Under the pieces are notes generated by a model, which was given only the letters and a program-made list of their open reading frames with translations, was not told the origin of the DNA and made no database searches. DNA of 64,000 nucleotides, from the NCBI GenBank assembly GCA_964606745.1, contig CAZSHJ010000001.1, forward strand, positions 18,091-82,090, in the 5' to 3' direction. This document shows positions 7,615 to 17,699 of this stretch, in pieces. Position 1 is the stretch's first letter, and every line of letters starts with the position of its first letter. The stretch is from an uncultured Thermoplasmatales archaeon. Its GTDB lineage: Archaea; Thermoplasmatota; E2; UBA202; DSCA01. The position numbers and the translations under genes were made by a program.

Positions 7615-7734
7615 ATGGCGGAAAAGGTCATCTGCATAATCTGTGGCGTAAACGAAACAACCAATCCTGATGGCATATGCAATGACTGCAAGCTTTCCAT
7701 ATTGTTTAACAAGAATATTCCACCGAATTTTTGA
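7615..7734 (+). CDS. 39-aa C4 zinc-finger microprotein
   Basis: MAEKVICIICGVNETTNPDGICNDCKLSILFNKNIPPNF; second copy at 26280-26398 keeps both CxxC pairs. Confidence 0.65.
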   Translation: MAEKVICIICGVNETTNPDGICNDCKLSILFNKNIPPNF

Positions 7735-7857
7735 TCGCCTTCAAATTCCCAAAGTGTTGATAATGGAGGCACAGTTCCCATGATTCTCCCAGTGAATATG
7801 AATAACGGTTTGGAACGTAAATATAGGGGATTGTTCTTCTTTTTGGCACCGTACCCC

Positions 7858-8739
7858 TCATCCAAGCATCATCAAGACCATTTCCCCGATGATTTTTGCT
7901 GCGGCTGCGGCGGTAATGCCGCCAGTGTCATAAACAGGAGAAAACTCGACAACATCAAAGCCTACAATACTATCTCTGATTTCTCCCAGCCAATACAGCG
8001 AATTCAGCAACTCCTTTGTTGAAAATCCGCAGGGTTCAGGAGTACCTACCCCTGGGGCAAATGCAGGGTCGAGGACATCAATATCTATCGTCACATAAAC
8101 GGGCTTATCCATTTCTTTTATCTCTCTTACATTCTTCTCCCCCATAAGTTCCATGGAAAGTTTTGTATTTTTTGAGAATTTCCATTCTTCTCTTTCCCCG
8201 CTTCTGATTCCGAACTGATAAATGTCCTTCGTTATCTCATAGCACCTTCGCATAACACATGCATGGGAAAATTTGTCACCGAGATACTCACCCCTCAAGT
8301 CGCAGTGGGCATCAAACTGAATGATGACAATATCCCCTATAACATCCTTTATTCCTCTGATAACCGGATAGGTTATGGAATGCTCTCCACCAATAGCGAT
8401 TATTTTCTTGCCGTGCTTAGCAATATCCCCTGAAACAGCGGCTATATCATTGAAAATTTCCTCCGTACTGCCAAACAATGAGATGTCCCGCAAATCGCAC
8501 AATTTGCAGTCCTGTAAATCCTTTACGAGTGCAGGACTGTATGTTTCCAGTCCCCATGATGCTTCCCTTATCGCCTTGGGGCCAAATCTTGCACCCGGAC
8601 GGTAGCACACGGTTGTGTCATAAGGAATGCCGAATATCACCCCATCTGCATCATCAAAGCCGTCACTGGCACATGTAAACTTCGTAAAATCCTCGAAATA
8701 TTTTGATGAAATACTCTTTTTCTTGTCAATGCCGTTCAT
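7858..8739 (-). CDS. speB: Agmatinase
   Basis: [37 protein letters not shown] ureohydrolase motifs. Confidence 0.93.
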   Translation of the reverse strand: MNGIDKKKSISSKYFEDFTKFTCASDGFDDADGVIFGIPYDTTVCYRPGARFGPKAIREASWGLETYSPALVKDLQDCKLCDLRDISLFGSTEEIFNDIAAVSGDIAKHGKKIIAIGGEHSITYPVIRGIKDVIGDIVIIQFDAHCDLRGEYLGDKFSHACVMRRCYEITKDIYQFGIRSGEREEWKFSKNTKLSMELMGEKNVREIKEMDKPVYVTIDIDVLDPAFAPGVGTPEPCGFSTKELLNSLYWLGEIRDSIVGFDVVEFSPVYDTGGITAAAAAKIIGEMVLMMLG

Positions 8740-8793
8740 ATACTCTCCTTACAACCGTAACGATGGATGTCAATATAAAAATATTGCTGCCAT

Positions 8794-9237
8794 TCACAAT
8801 TTGGCGGAAAAGATACGATACGGAAGTTTCTTCATACCTATCCTTTTGTATGCCCTTATGGCATTCTCATTATTTTTATGCACATATAGGCACAGAGAGC
8901 ACACACCCTTCTCCCTGGCAATTCTTTTTATTTCCTCCACCAATTTTTTCATAACACCCTTCTTTCTCCATTCCTCGTGGACATATATACTCTGAAGCCA
9001 CCATACATCCGCCCCCCTCCAGTCGCTCCACTCATAAGTTATCATGACCTGCCCCACAATATCATTTCCATCCTCCATCACAAGATAAAAGCCCTTTTCC
9101 CTACTTCCGATCAATACCCCAATGCCTTCCAGGGTTTTCCCATATTCTATCTCCATATTTTCCGATTCACGGGCAAGCATAATGTTGTTTCGAGCTATTT
9201 TTTCCACATCATCCATCGAAGCCATTCTTATGTTCAT
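8794..9237 (-). CDS. GNAT family N-acetyltransferase
   Basis: YVHEEWRKKGV motif A; NENAIRAYKRIGM. Confidence 0.9.
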   Translation of the reverse strand: MNIRMASMDDVEKIARNNIMLARESENMEIEYGKTLEGIGVLIGSREKGFYLVMEDGNDIVGQVMITYEWSDWRGADVWWLQSIYVHEEWRKKGVMKKLVEEIKRIAREKGVCSLCLYVHKNNENAIRAYKRIGMKKLPYRIFSAKL

Positions 9238-9334
9238 AACAGTAAAACCCCCATGCCTAAAAAGATTTGTACATCTCCATGCAAATGCGCTGTTAATCCC
9301 TCAATTTTCAGGATTCTGAGAGCTTGTAGGCGAC

Positions 9335-10747
9335 TTATATATTGAAATATTTTTTGTAATCCCACGTTGATATCTGGAAGAGAAAGTCATTCCATTCCTC
9401 TTCTTTTATATCAACAAATGCATGCGAAGCGTGTTTTCCCAGTGCCCTCTGCACAACTTCATCGCTTTCAAATTCTTCGATGGCTTCATGAAGCGTTCTC
9501 GGGAGCCGTTTTATATGATATTTTTTCAAATCTCTCTTGTTCATGGAATAAATGTTTTTTTCAATGGGCTCTCCAGGGTCAATTTTCTTCTTTATACCAT
9601 CCATACCTGCATGGATAAGAACAGCAAATGTAAGATATGGATTTGCTGAAGGGTCAGGATGACGTGCCTCTACATCTATTGAGTTATATTTTCCTGCCCT
9701 GTTAGGAATTCTTATCAGTGCACTCCTATTGTAAATTGCCCATGCAATATTGATTGGTGCCTCAAAGTTTGGAATAAGCCGCTTATAAGAATTTGTTGTT
9801 GGATTTGTTATGGCGGTCATGCCCTTTGCATGTTCAATTATGCCCCCTATGAAATACCGTGCCGTCTGCGATAGCATATATCTATCATTCTCGTCAAAGA
9901 AAGCAGATTTTTTATCCTTGAAAAGTTCCATATGGACATGCATTCCGTTCCCGGCATCTGTTGAAAGTGGCTTAGGCATAAAGGTGACAAGCAGGTCCTC
10001 CTTAGACCCCGTTATCTTGGCAAGAAACTTGAAAAGTATTGAAGCATCCCCTGCCCTTACTGCATCCGGCAGTGCGTTTATTTCTATTTCCTGCTGCCAT
10101 GCGCCTCCTTCGTGATGATGGTATTTTACACCTAATCCGGATGATATGAGGGATTCGGAGAGTTTGTTTCTGAACGACTCCGCAGAATCTATCGGGGCAG
10201 AGGCAAAGTAACCATCATTTTCTTTTATGCCCATCACGGGATGCTTTCCCTTTGGAATTTGTTCCACTCCATGTATAAGCGTTGTTAACTCACTGGCACC
10301 TCCCTCTGGCAAACTGGATTTCTTGAATGCATAAAATTCCAGCTCAGGAGAAAGGTCTACACTGCTATATCCCATGCTTTTAATAAGCTGCATTGACCTC
10401 CTCGCAATATTACGCGGATCACCTGGAAAATAATCATATGTTTTTACATCCAAGACATCCATAACAACCCTAGCCACGCCTTCCCCGTAAAACCGTGGCA
10501 GGGGCAACATCGTCTTGGCGTCAGGAAGGGCTATCATATCAGATTGTTCAACAGCTGCAAATCCTTCAACTGATGAGCCGTCAAAACCCACCCCTTCTTT
10601 CCATATCGTATCCTCCATATAAGTCTTTGAAGGCATCGAGAATACCCTGAGATTACCAACGACATCGACAAAATGACCCTGAATCCACTTAATATTTTCT
10701 TCGTTTATTACTTTTTTTGCTTTCTCAACGTCCCTGCTGTCATACAT
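9335..10747 (-). CDS. glnA: Glutamine synthetase type I (paralog 1)
   Basis: FDGSSV, EQSDM, HHHE, TFMPKP, GNGMHVH, NSYKRL, FEAP, NRSALIRIP. Confidence 0.9.
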   Translation of the reverse strand: MYDSRDVEKAKKVINEENIKWIQGHFVDVVGNLRVFSMPSKTYMEDTIWKEGVGFDGSSVEGFAAVEQSDMIALPDAKTMLPLPRFYGEGVARVVMDVLDVKTYDYFPGDPRNIARRSMQLIKSMGYSSVDLSPELEFYAFKKSSLPEGGASELTTLIHGVEQIPKGKHPVMGIKENDGYFASAPIDSAESFRNKLSESLISSGLGVKYHHHEGGAWQQEIEINALPDAVRAGDASILFKFLAKITGSKEDLLVTFMPKPLSTDAGNGMHVHMELFKDKKSAFFDENDRYMLSQTARYFIGGIIEHAKGMTAITNPTTNSYKRLIPNFEAPINIAWAIYNRSALIRIPNRAGKYNSIDVEARHPDPSANPYLTFAVLIHAGMDGIKKKIDPGEPIEKNIYSMNKRDLKKYHIKRLPRTLHEAIEEFESDEVVQRALGKHASHAFVDIKEEEWNDFLFQISTWDYKKYFNI

Positions 10748-10783
10748 CGCTCCCCTATAGCAGTAATGAAATATAAATTTTAT

Positions 10784-12169
10784 TTACAATCTCGGCAGAT
10801 TGTGCTCTATCTCAAACGGGCTAACCTCCCTATCATACTTATGCCCTGTCTCTATCCTGTAATTCATTATCTCCACCTCCTTGTTTGCAATGAATTTTTT
10901 AAACAGATGATCACCAAGCATTTCCCTCACCAGTTCGCTGTTTTTTGTGATTTCTATCGCCTCTTCCAGGTTCTTGGGAAGGGTTTTTATTCCCATTCCC
11001 TCCCTCTTATCACCGCTCATGGTATAAATATCATCCTCGCATGGCGATTGTAACTCATAACCACTCTCAACTCCTTTCAACCCGGCTGCCAGCATGGCGG
11101 AAAATGCAAGATATGGATTACACCCCGGGTCTGGGCTTCTCACCTCTATTCTTGTGGCCTTCTCATTCCCGGGCTTGTATTCGGGAATGCGTACCAGTGT
11201 TGAACGGTTTTTCTGCCCCCACACGAGATACACAGGTGCCTCGTATCCCGGAACCAGTCGCTTGAATGAATTCACCCACTGATTGAGAATGGACGTAATT
11301 TCTGCGATGTGAGTCATCAAACCCCCGACATAACTCCTTGCATTTTCGGAAAGATAATATTTCCCATCTTCATCAAAGAAAGCATTTTCCTCGCCCCTCC
11401 ATAAAGACTGGTGAACATGCATCCCGTTCCCGTTTTCCCCGTTCAGCGGTTTGGGCATGAACGTTGCATATATCCCCTCCCTCCTCGAAAATTCTTTGAC
11501 GGCGTACCTGAAAAGCATAACCGTATCGGCCATTTCAAGAGCATCTCCATACCTCAAATCGATTTCATGCTGAGAAGGTGCCACCTCATGATGACCGTAT
11601 TCTGAAATGATTTCCATTTTTAACATCCCGAGAGCTATTTTTTTTCTTAGATGTTCATAAGGGTCGCCAATACCAATGCTAAAATAATCCCCTTTATCCA
11701 GTGGAATGGGATTTCCACTATTTTCAAAGCAGAAAAATTCCATCTCGGGACCGACCTTGAAAGAAGTGAATCCCTGCTTCCCCGCTTTTTTCAATGCCCT
11801 TTTCAACACATATCTGGCATCGCCGGAGCTGTGGGTGCCGTCAGGATTGAGAATATCACAGAATAAGCATCCGACCCTGTAAGAACTGCCGTCTCCATCT
11901 TCATAATCCCACGGGAGAATGCGGAATGTTTCTGCATTCGGAGAAGCCACCATGTCACTTTCTTCAATCCTCACAAGTCCTTCCACGGAGGAGCCGTCAA
12001 ATCCCTTTCCCTCCTTGAATGTTCCTTCGAGTTCGTAAGAAGGAATACCAAAACCCCTCAATTCTCCGAGTATATCCGGAAAAAGCATGTTTACAAATTT
12101 CACATCTTTTCCATCATTTTCCAAAAACTCAAGCACATCGTCGCTATTCCTGAAGTTATAACTACCCAT
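10784..12169 (-). CDS. glnA: Glutamine synthetase type I (paralog 2)
   Basis: FDGSSVEG, IEESDM, HHEVAPSQHE, TFMPKP, PGYEAP, RIEVRSPD. Confidence 0.93.
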   Translation of the reverse strand: MGSYNFRNSDDVLEFLENDGKDVKFVNMLFPDILGELRGFGIPSYELEGTFKEGKGFDGSSVEGLVRIEESDMVASPNAETFRILPWDYEDGDGSSYRVGCLFCDILNPDGTHSSGDARYVLKRALKKAGKQGFTSFKVGPEMEFFCFENSGNPIPLDKGDYFSIGIGDPYEHLRKKIALGMLKMEIISEYGHHEVAPSQHEIDLRYGDALEMADTVMLFRYAVKEFSRREGIYATFMPKPLNGENGNGMHVHQSLWRGEENAFFDEDGKYYLSENARSYVGGLMTHIAEITSILNQWVNSFKRLVPGYEAPVYLVWGQKNRSTLVRIPEYKPGNEKATRIEVRSPDPGCNPYLAFSAMLAAGLKGVESGYELQSPCEDDIYTMSGDKREGMGIKTLPKNLEEAIEITKNSELVREMLGDHLFKKFIANKEVEIMNYRIETGHKYDREVSPFEIEHNLPRL

Positions 12170-12209
12170 TAAAAAAGTATAAAAAGGAGGGATAAAAGGT
12201 TATCGTTGA

Positions 12210-12533
12210 TTACAGATTCTTTTCAGCTATGTCGCCAACGATTGGCACCTTGAACATTTCCCCCTTATATGCTTTAAGCATCAGGACAATCCATAGTATG
12301 AACGTTAGAAGCCATATCAACCCCCCAATTATCCAACCTAAGAAGGGTATCCATGCAAATATCCAGGCTATCACTGTTAGAGGTAGAAACGTCACTATGG
12401 ACTGCTTCGCATGAAACCGAACGAATTTATTGTCTTTCTCAATCAGATAGAAGATAATCCCTGTTAACCATACCAGTATATAGCACAATGCACCTTCAAC
12501 ATTCTCGCCCATACCTAACGATGTTTTTTCCAT
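12210..12533 (-). CDS. DUF4870 family membrane protein
   Basis: ENVEGALCY...EKDNKFVRFHAKQS...KAYKGEMFKVPIVG. Confidence 0.85.
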   Translation of the reverse strand: MEKTSLGMGENVEGALCYILVWLTGIIFYLIEKDNKFVRFHAKQSIVTFLPLTVIAWIFAWIPFLGWIIGGLIWLLTFILWIVLMLKAYKGEMFKVPIVGDIAEKNL

Positions 12534-12601
12534 ATTCGTTTATCACCATATGATATATTACTTTATCGAAAAATTAAGAAGAATGAATGCGTTATCGTCC
12601 C

Positions 12602-13582
12602 ATGACAAAGATATACCTCACAAGAATGATACCAGAGAAGGGAATCAAGCTGCTGGAGGAGAGACATAAACTGGAGATTTATGAAGGAGATTCACCGCCC
12701 CCCAAGAAGGAAATCATCGAGAAAACCAGGGACAAGGAAGGGTTGCTGTGCCTTCTCACAGACCCGATAGACAAGGAAGTCATGGATGCCGCCCCAAATT
12801 TGAAAGCCATATCCACATATGCCGTGGGCTATGATAATATTGACCTGCAGGAAGCAACACGGAGAAAAATATCGGTGTCCAACACTCCAGGCGTCCTAAC
12901 GGAAACCACAGCCGACCTGACATGGTCGCTTATCATGTCGATAGCAAGGAGAATTACTGAAGGAGATAAGATGGTGAGAGAAGGGGAATTCAAAGGATGG
13001 GGACCTCTGGTTTTACTCGGCAATGACATCCACGGGAAGACGCTGGGCATCATCGGGGCGGGGCGGATAGGGCAGGCGGTAGCAAGGCGGGCAATGGGAT
13101 TTAATATGAAAATAATTTATTACGGCAGGGAACGGAAACCGGATTTTGAAAGGGAATACAATGCAAGATTTGTTGATTTCGATGAACTGCTGAAGTTGTC
13201 GGATTACATCACCCTGCATGTGCCACTGACAGAGGAAACACATCACATGATGGGAAAGAGAGAGCTTGGGATGATGAAGGAGACTGCTTATCTTATCAAT
13301 ACGGCAAGGGGGAAATGCATTGATGAAAAGGCACTGGTGAAATCACTCGGGAATAAAGAGATAGCAGGAGCTGCAATTGATGTATTCGAAAATGAGCCGT
13401 TCCTGACGCCGGGGCTTACAAAACTGAATAATGTTGTTCTTGCACCGCATGCCGGCTCTGCGTCAATAGAAACACGGACAAAGATGGCAACCATTGCAGC
13501 CGAGAATTTGCTTGCAGGGTTGGAGGGAAAAATGCCCCGATACTGTGTGAATCCAGAAGTTTTCGGTGAAGCAGAGGGTTAG
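12602..13582 (+). CDS. gyaR: Glyoxylate reductase / D-glycerate dehydrogenase
   Basis: AVGYDNID, NTPGVLTETTAD, GAGRIG, INTARG, DVFENEP, PHAGS. Confidence 0.88.
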   Translation: MTKIYLTRMIPEKGIKLLEERHKLEIYEGDSPPPKKEIIEKTRDKEGLLCLLTDPIDKEVMDAAPNLKAISTYAVGYDNIDLQEATRRKISVSNTPGVLTETTADLTWSLIMSIARRITEGDKMVREGEFKGWGPLVLLGNDIHGKTLGIIGAGRIGQAVARRAMGFNMKIIYYGRERKPDFEREYNARFVDFDELLKLSDYITLHVPLTEETHHMMGKRELGMMKETAYLINTARGKCIDEKALVKSLGNKEIAGAAIDVFENEPFLTPGLTKLNNVVLAPHAGSASIETRTKMATIAAENLLAGLEGKMPRYCVNPEVFGEAEG

Positions 13583-13879
13583 AAAAGAATTGTCTGCAAC
13601 TGACTTCTAAAATGGCATGAAACATCAAGAATTATCTCTCTACTGACCTTTACTTCCCCCAACTTCCAAGATACCAAATTCACCTTCTTTTCTCCTCAAA
13701 AACAGGGTACTGAGAATTGCAGACACACCAATACACCATAAACAAAGAATTATGAAGTATGGGCTCAATGTTGTACTTACTGCCGCTTGCATATACGCAT
13801 ATACATATATTCTACTATATCCATTCCGTCCCACCACCATACCTACTTTTACCAGACTTACCATCTTGTCAAGTCAGGC

Positions 13880-14107
13880 TTATTTGGATTTTATTGCTTT
13901 CCTTATCTTCTTTACAAGTATTTCTATTTCTTTCCTGCTCCCTTCCTCGTCCCTCAATTCCGACATAAGCTCACTCAGTCTGATATGAATGGCCTCTTTA
14001 GAAAACTCTGCAACGCTCGAATAACCAACTCTTGGGTCTTCAACAACCGTCCTGCGTATTTCCTCGTGGAGGGTCTTCGGCACAGAGATGGTACTATATT
14101 TAAGCAT
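13880..14107 (-). CDS. Ribbon-helix-helix (CopG-like) protein
   Basis: YSTISVPKTLHEEI...GYSSVAEFSKEAI pattern. Confidence 0.75.
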   Translation of the reverse strand: MLKYSTISVPKTLHEEIRRTVVEDPRVGYSSVAEFSKEAIHIRLSELMSELRDEEGSRKEIEILVKKIRKAIKSK

Positions 14108-14268
14108 ATGCGTTTATCCGAAAAAGCATTATATACTTTGCCATCTGCCAATGCCACTTATATTAGTATAAAGTCCACTTTAAACAGTGAATTTAAATCA
14201 TAGAATCACCAGATTGAATGATGATAATGCAAACCAAAAATTAATATGCAAAATCGCAATGCAAGATT

Positions 14269-14649
14269 ATGACAGAAGTTCGAGATAATTTGCTCTACAC
14301 GGAAAGCCACGAGTGGATTCTTAAGAAAGACGGAATCGCGAGGATGGGAATAACAGACTATGCCCAGAATCATCTGACAGATGTAGTCTATGCCGAACTA
14401 CCGAAAGCAGGCGACAGATTTTCCAAGGGCGACGAGATTTCAACAGTGGAATCGGTCAAATCTGTATCCGAAATATATGTGCCGGTCAGCGGAGAGGTGA
14501 CAGCGGTAAATGACAGGCTTGACGGTGAACCGGAGTTGATAAACAATTCCCCGTATGATGACGGATGGCTTCTTGAAATAAAGATGGATGATGAAAGCGA
14601 GCTGGAAAAACTGCTCCTACCGTCAGAATACAGGAAAAAAGTTGACTGA
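14269..14649 (+). CDS. gcvH: Glycine cleavage system H protein
   Basis: HEW, GITDYAQ, lipoyl motif VESVKSVSEIY, NNSPYDDGWL. Confidence 0.95.
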   Translation: MTEVRDNLLYTESHEWILKKDGIARMGITDYAQNHLTDVVYAELPKAGDRFSKGDEISTVESVKSVSEIYVPVSGEVTAVNDRLDGEPELINNSPYDDGWLLEIKMDDESELEKLLLPSEYRKKVD

Positions 14650-14704
14650 TACAATTTAAACGATGGATTTATAAAATAAAAAAAGATTAGGGCAGAGGAT
14701 ATAT

Positions 14705-16681
14705 ATGTCACGTGAAAATTTTAACTCTTACATCCCTGCGGACAAGAAGATACCCGAATTGACTCTTAAGGCAGTCCTTGTAGGCATGTTTCTCGCAGTT
14801 ATCATGGGTTCAGCAAACGCATATCTTGGTCTGTATGCAGGTATGACCGTTTCAGCAGCCATACCCGGAGCGATAATGGCACTGGCTCTCCTGAAACCCC
14901 TGAAAGGCAACGTATTGGAAGTAACTACCGGCATGATGGGGGCTGCAGCAGGAGAGGCACTGGCCGCAGGTATAATATTTACCATTCCTGCCCTTGTTGT
15001 CATAGGGGCATGGCAAGATATCCACTATCTGGAGACTACCCTTATAGCACTTATCGGCGGAATTCTTGGTGTTCTGTGGATGGTTCCATTGAGGCGAGCA
15101 TTGATAATAAAAACAGACCTACCTTTTCCCGAGGGAATTGCAGTGGCTGCAGTCATCACCACGGCGGCCGGCGACGGGGAGGGAAGTGAAGGAAGCATAT
15201 GGATGGTGGTGGGAGCCGTGCTTGCAGCCTTGGTAAAATTTTCACAGGTATCACTAAACGTTTTCAGGGGAAGTGCCGAAAAAGTTGTGGCAGTTGGAAA
15301 GTACTACGTAGCAGGACGTTCTACCGAAGGTTACTTTTATGGAGGCAGTGCAGCCTCGCCCGCATTGCTCGGCGTGGGCTACATTGTGGGACCACGAATT
15401 GCATCCTTCGTTTTTGCGGGCGGTATAATTGGCTGGGTCATACTCACTCCACTCATCATACTGTCGACCGGTATGCCTGCAAGTGCCCCCAATGCCTTGG
15501 AAGGATTCTACATGGTATGGGGCGACTATGTCAGATACATTGGCGTAGGTGCCATGGTGGTCGGGGGATTATATACGATATGGCAACTTAGAAACAACCT
15601 GATGGGCGGAATAAAGGAAGCCATTATGGGGTTGAGAAGCGGAGAGGGTGAGACGAAAAAGAGAACTGATACCGACCTGGAATTTAAGAAGGTATTTCTT
15701 GCAATCGGATTCCTTGTGATACCTACATTCGTGATATACGCATGGGTATCCCAGATGTATGTTATATCGGCATTTATGGCGATACTGCTCGTAATTGCAG
15801 CCTTCATGGCGAGCGCAATAGCGGGCTACATGGCAGGACTGCTGGGCTCGTCAAATAATCCTATATCGGGTGTGACAGTGGCAGTACTGCTGTTCGTGAG
15901 TATAATAATGCTGGCATTCGGAGTGACAGGGCTGGCGGGCATGACCATTGTCATATTGATGGCAGCCGTTGTGTGCTGTGCCGGTGCGATATCCGGAGAT
16001 GTTCTCCAGTCAATGGCAGCAGGTGAAATGATAGGTTCAACACCTTACAGGCAGCAGCTGGCCGAAATATTTGGCATAATCGCAGCAGCCCCGGTACTCG
16101 GTATCGTTGTGAAGGCACTGGACAGTGCATATGGCATAGGGACAAAGAATTTGCCGGCTCCGCAGGCATTCCTGATGGGAGGTATCGTGAAAGGAGTTAT
16201 CGGCGGGGACATGGTATGGCCATATGTAATCGCAGGCGCATTTCTCGCCCTTGTGCTCATATTGATGGATATTCCTGTCCTTCCCGTGGCGATAGGAACT
16301 TATCTGCCACTTTCCCTCAGTATACCCATTTTCATAGGGGGGGCTGTAAGGGCTCTGGTCGACAGAATGATAAACAAGCGGTCAACAAACAATAACAATG
16401 ATGAAGAGTTAAGCGACTGGGAAATGGCCATACAACAGCACGGGGTATCCCCCAAGGAAAGTGCCCACCGTACAGGCCTGCTATTCACTGCAGGACTAAT
16501 TGCCGGAGAGGCAATAATGGGCGTCATATCGGCATTTCTGATAATAGGACACGTAAACCTGAAAATCCTGCAGGATGCACCTGCATGGCCAGGCATGCTT
16601 GTCTGGGGTTACATCGCATTTATACTGGGATATATCGTACTGAGGGAATTCAATAAAGCTCAGGCTAAAAGTGAAAAATGA
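14705..16681 (+). CDS. OPT family oligopeptide transporter
   Basis: ANAYLGLYAGMTVSAAIP, LPFPEG, GSSNNPISG, LPAPQA, GLIAGEA. Confidence 0.95.
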   Translation: MSRENFNSYIPADKKIPELTLKAVLVGMFLAVIMGSANAYLGLYAGMTVSAAIPGAIMALALLKPLKGNVLEVTTGMMGAAAGEALAAGIIFTIPALVVIGAWQDIHYLETTLIALIGGILGVLWMVPLRRALIIKTDLPFPEGIAVAAVITTAAGDGEGSEGSIWMVVGAVLAALVKFSQVSLNVFRGSAEKVVAVGKYYVAGRSTEGYFYGGSAASPALLGVGYIVGPRIASFVFAGGIIGWVILTPLIILSTGMPASAPNALEGFYMVWGDYVRYIGVGAMVVGGLYTIWQLRNNLMGGIKEAIMGLRSGEGETKKRTDTDLEFKKVFLAIGFLVIPTFVIYAWVSQMYVISAFMAILLVIAAFMASAIAGYMAGLLGSSNNPISGVTVAVLLFVSIIMLAFGVTGLAGMTIVILMAAVVCCAGAISGDVLQSMAAGEMIGSTPYRQQLAEIFGIIAAAPVLGIVVKALDSAYGIGTKNLPAPQAFLMGGIVKGVIGGDMVWPYVIAGAFLALVLILMDIPVLPVAIGTYLPLSLSIPIFIGGAVRALVDRMINKRSTNNNNDEELSDWEMAIQQHGVSPKESAHRTGLLFTAGLIAGEAIMGVISAFLIIGHVNLKILQDAPAWPGMLVWGYIAFILGYIVLREFNKAQAKSEK

Positions 16682-17051
16682 AGGTTTTAATATTGAAATA
16701 GACAAAAATGCCAAACCGATGCGCACTTCGGAGTGGTACGAGGAAGAGGGGTTCATCAAAATAAAGACCGTTAAATTTGAGGGAAAACTGGGCAAATGGT
16801 TCTGTGACGTTCTGAAAAAGCCGAATTATATAATTGTGAATCTGGATGAGATGGGCTCTTTCATATGGAAAAGATGTGACGGAAAAACAACTGTTGAAGA
16901 AATACTGGAGGAACTGAAGGAAAGCATGGGCAAAAAATTTGAGAAGGATGGTATAGGGCCCCGTTCCTTTTACTTCATGCACATGCTCAGAAACAGAAGA
17001 TTTGTGACATGGGAGGAAAACGACTCCCAGAGTACCGATGAAAAGATATGA
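16671..17051 (+). CDS. PqqD-like (RRE winged-helix) protein
   Basis: NLDEMGSFIWKRCDGKTTVEEILEEL; overlaps OPT stop. Confidence 0.8.
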   Translation: MKNEGFNIEIDKNAKPMRTSEWYEEEGFIKIKTVKFEGKLGKWFCDVLKKPNYIIVNLDEMGSFIWKRCDGKTTVEEILEELKESMGKKFEKDGIGPRSFYFMHMLRNRRFVTWEENDSQSTDEKI

Positions 17052-17242
17052 ACAATAGTATGAAACTTGATGGAAGCTGGCCGTATTAATACTATTTACC
17101 CTGATGTTAATTTGGGAGAGGAAATAATGGGAGTTGATCAACAACAGTCCACTATATTATTTAAAAGATATCATATTCTTAGGGAGATAAATTATTTATG
17201 TAAATGGCTATTTACCAGTCTCTGCGATTCCACCATATGAAA

Positions 17243-17260
17243 TGCGGCAGCCGAGATTTG
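17243..17260 (-). other. Isolated tRNA-Gly-like 3' fragment (possible att scar)
   Basis: Revcomp CAAATCTCGGCTGCCGCA resembles T-loop end, T-stem, acceptor strand and discriminator; no 5' half seen. Confidence 0.4.
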
Positions 17261-17699
17261 CTTCTATTTTCCTTATCAAATCATCTGAAAATTTTTTTCT
17301 AATCGGACGACGATGTTTTAAGGACATATTTCATAAACAACTTTTTTTATAAAATATATCAGTACGAACGGCCATTAAACCACCGATGTAATCAACGATA
17401 ATTTCTCCGATATAATCTACGGAATGTTTGCGTATTTGCCATATTTGTCGGGCTTGGCAAAAAACAGAGTCTTTATCTCTAAGGGGCTTTGCGCCCCTGT
17501 TTTTTATACCATAGCTCCGAGGACAGGATTTGAATACCATTTACCGGTAAAAATATATTATGTATCAAAAATCCAGGGTTTAAAGCTCATAATACTATCG
17601 TTAATACAACATTAAAAAGAAATTTGTGAATCAAAGGGTATACTGATAATCATATCTTAAAAATAGCAATGAATCGCTCTTTAAAAGTAGATATATCTA

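Noticed and set aside
7608..7865. Minus-strand ORFs 7608-7865 and 26263-26484 sharing QKFGGIFLLNNMESLQSLHMPSG
   Set aside because: Shadows of the + strand Zn-finger microprotein repeat
7858..12169. Gamma-glutamyl-putrescine (PuuA-like) pathway from speB, GNAT and two GS genes
   Set aside because: Both GS paralogs retain the ammonium-binding Asp and flap Glu that glutamyl-polyamine ligases usually lose; not supported by sequence
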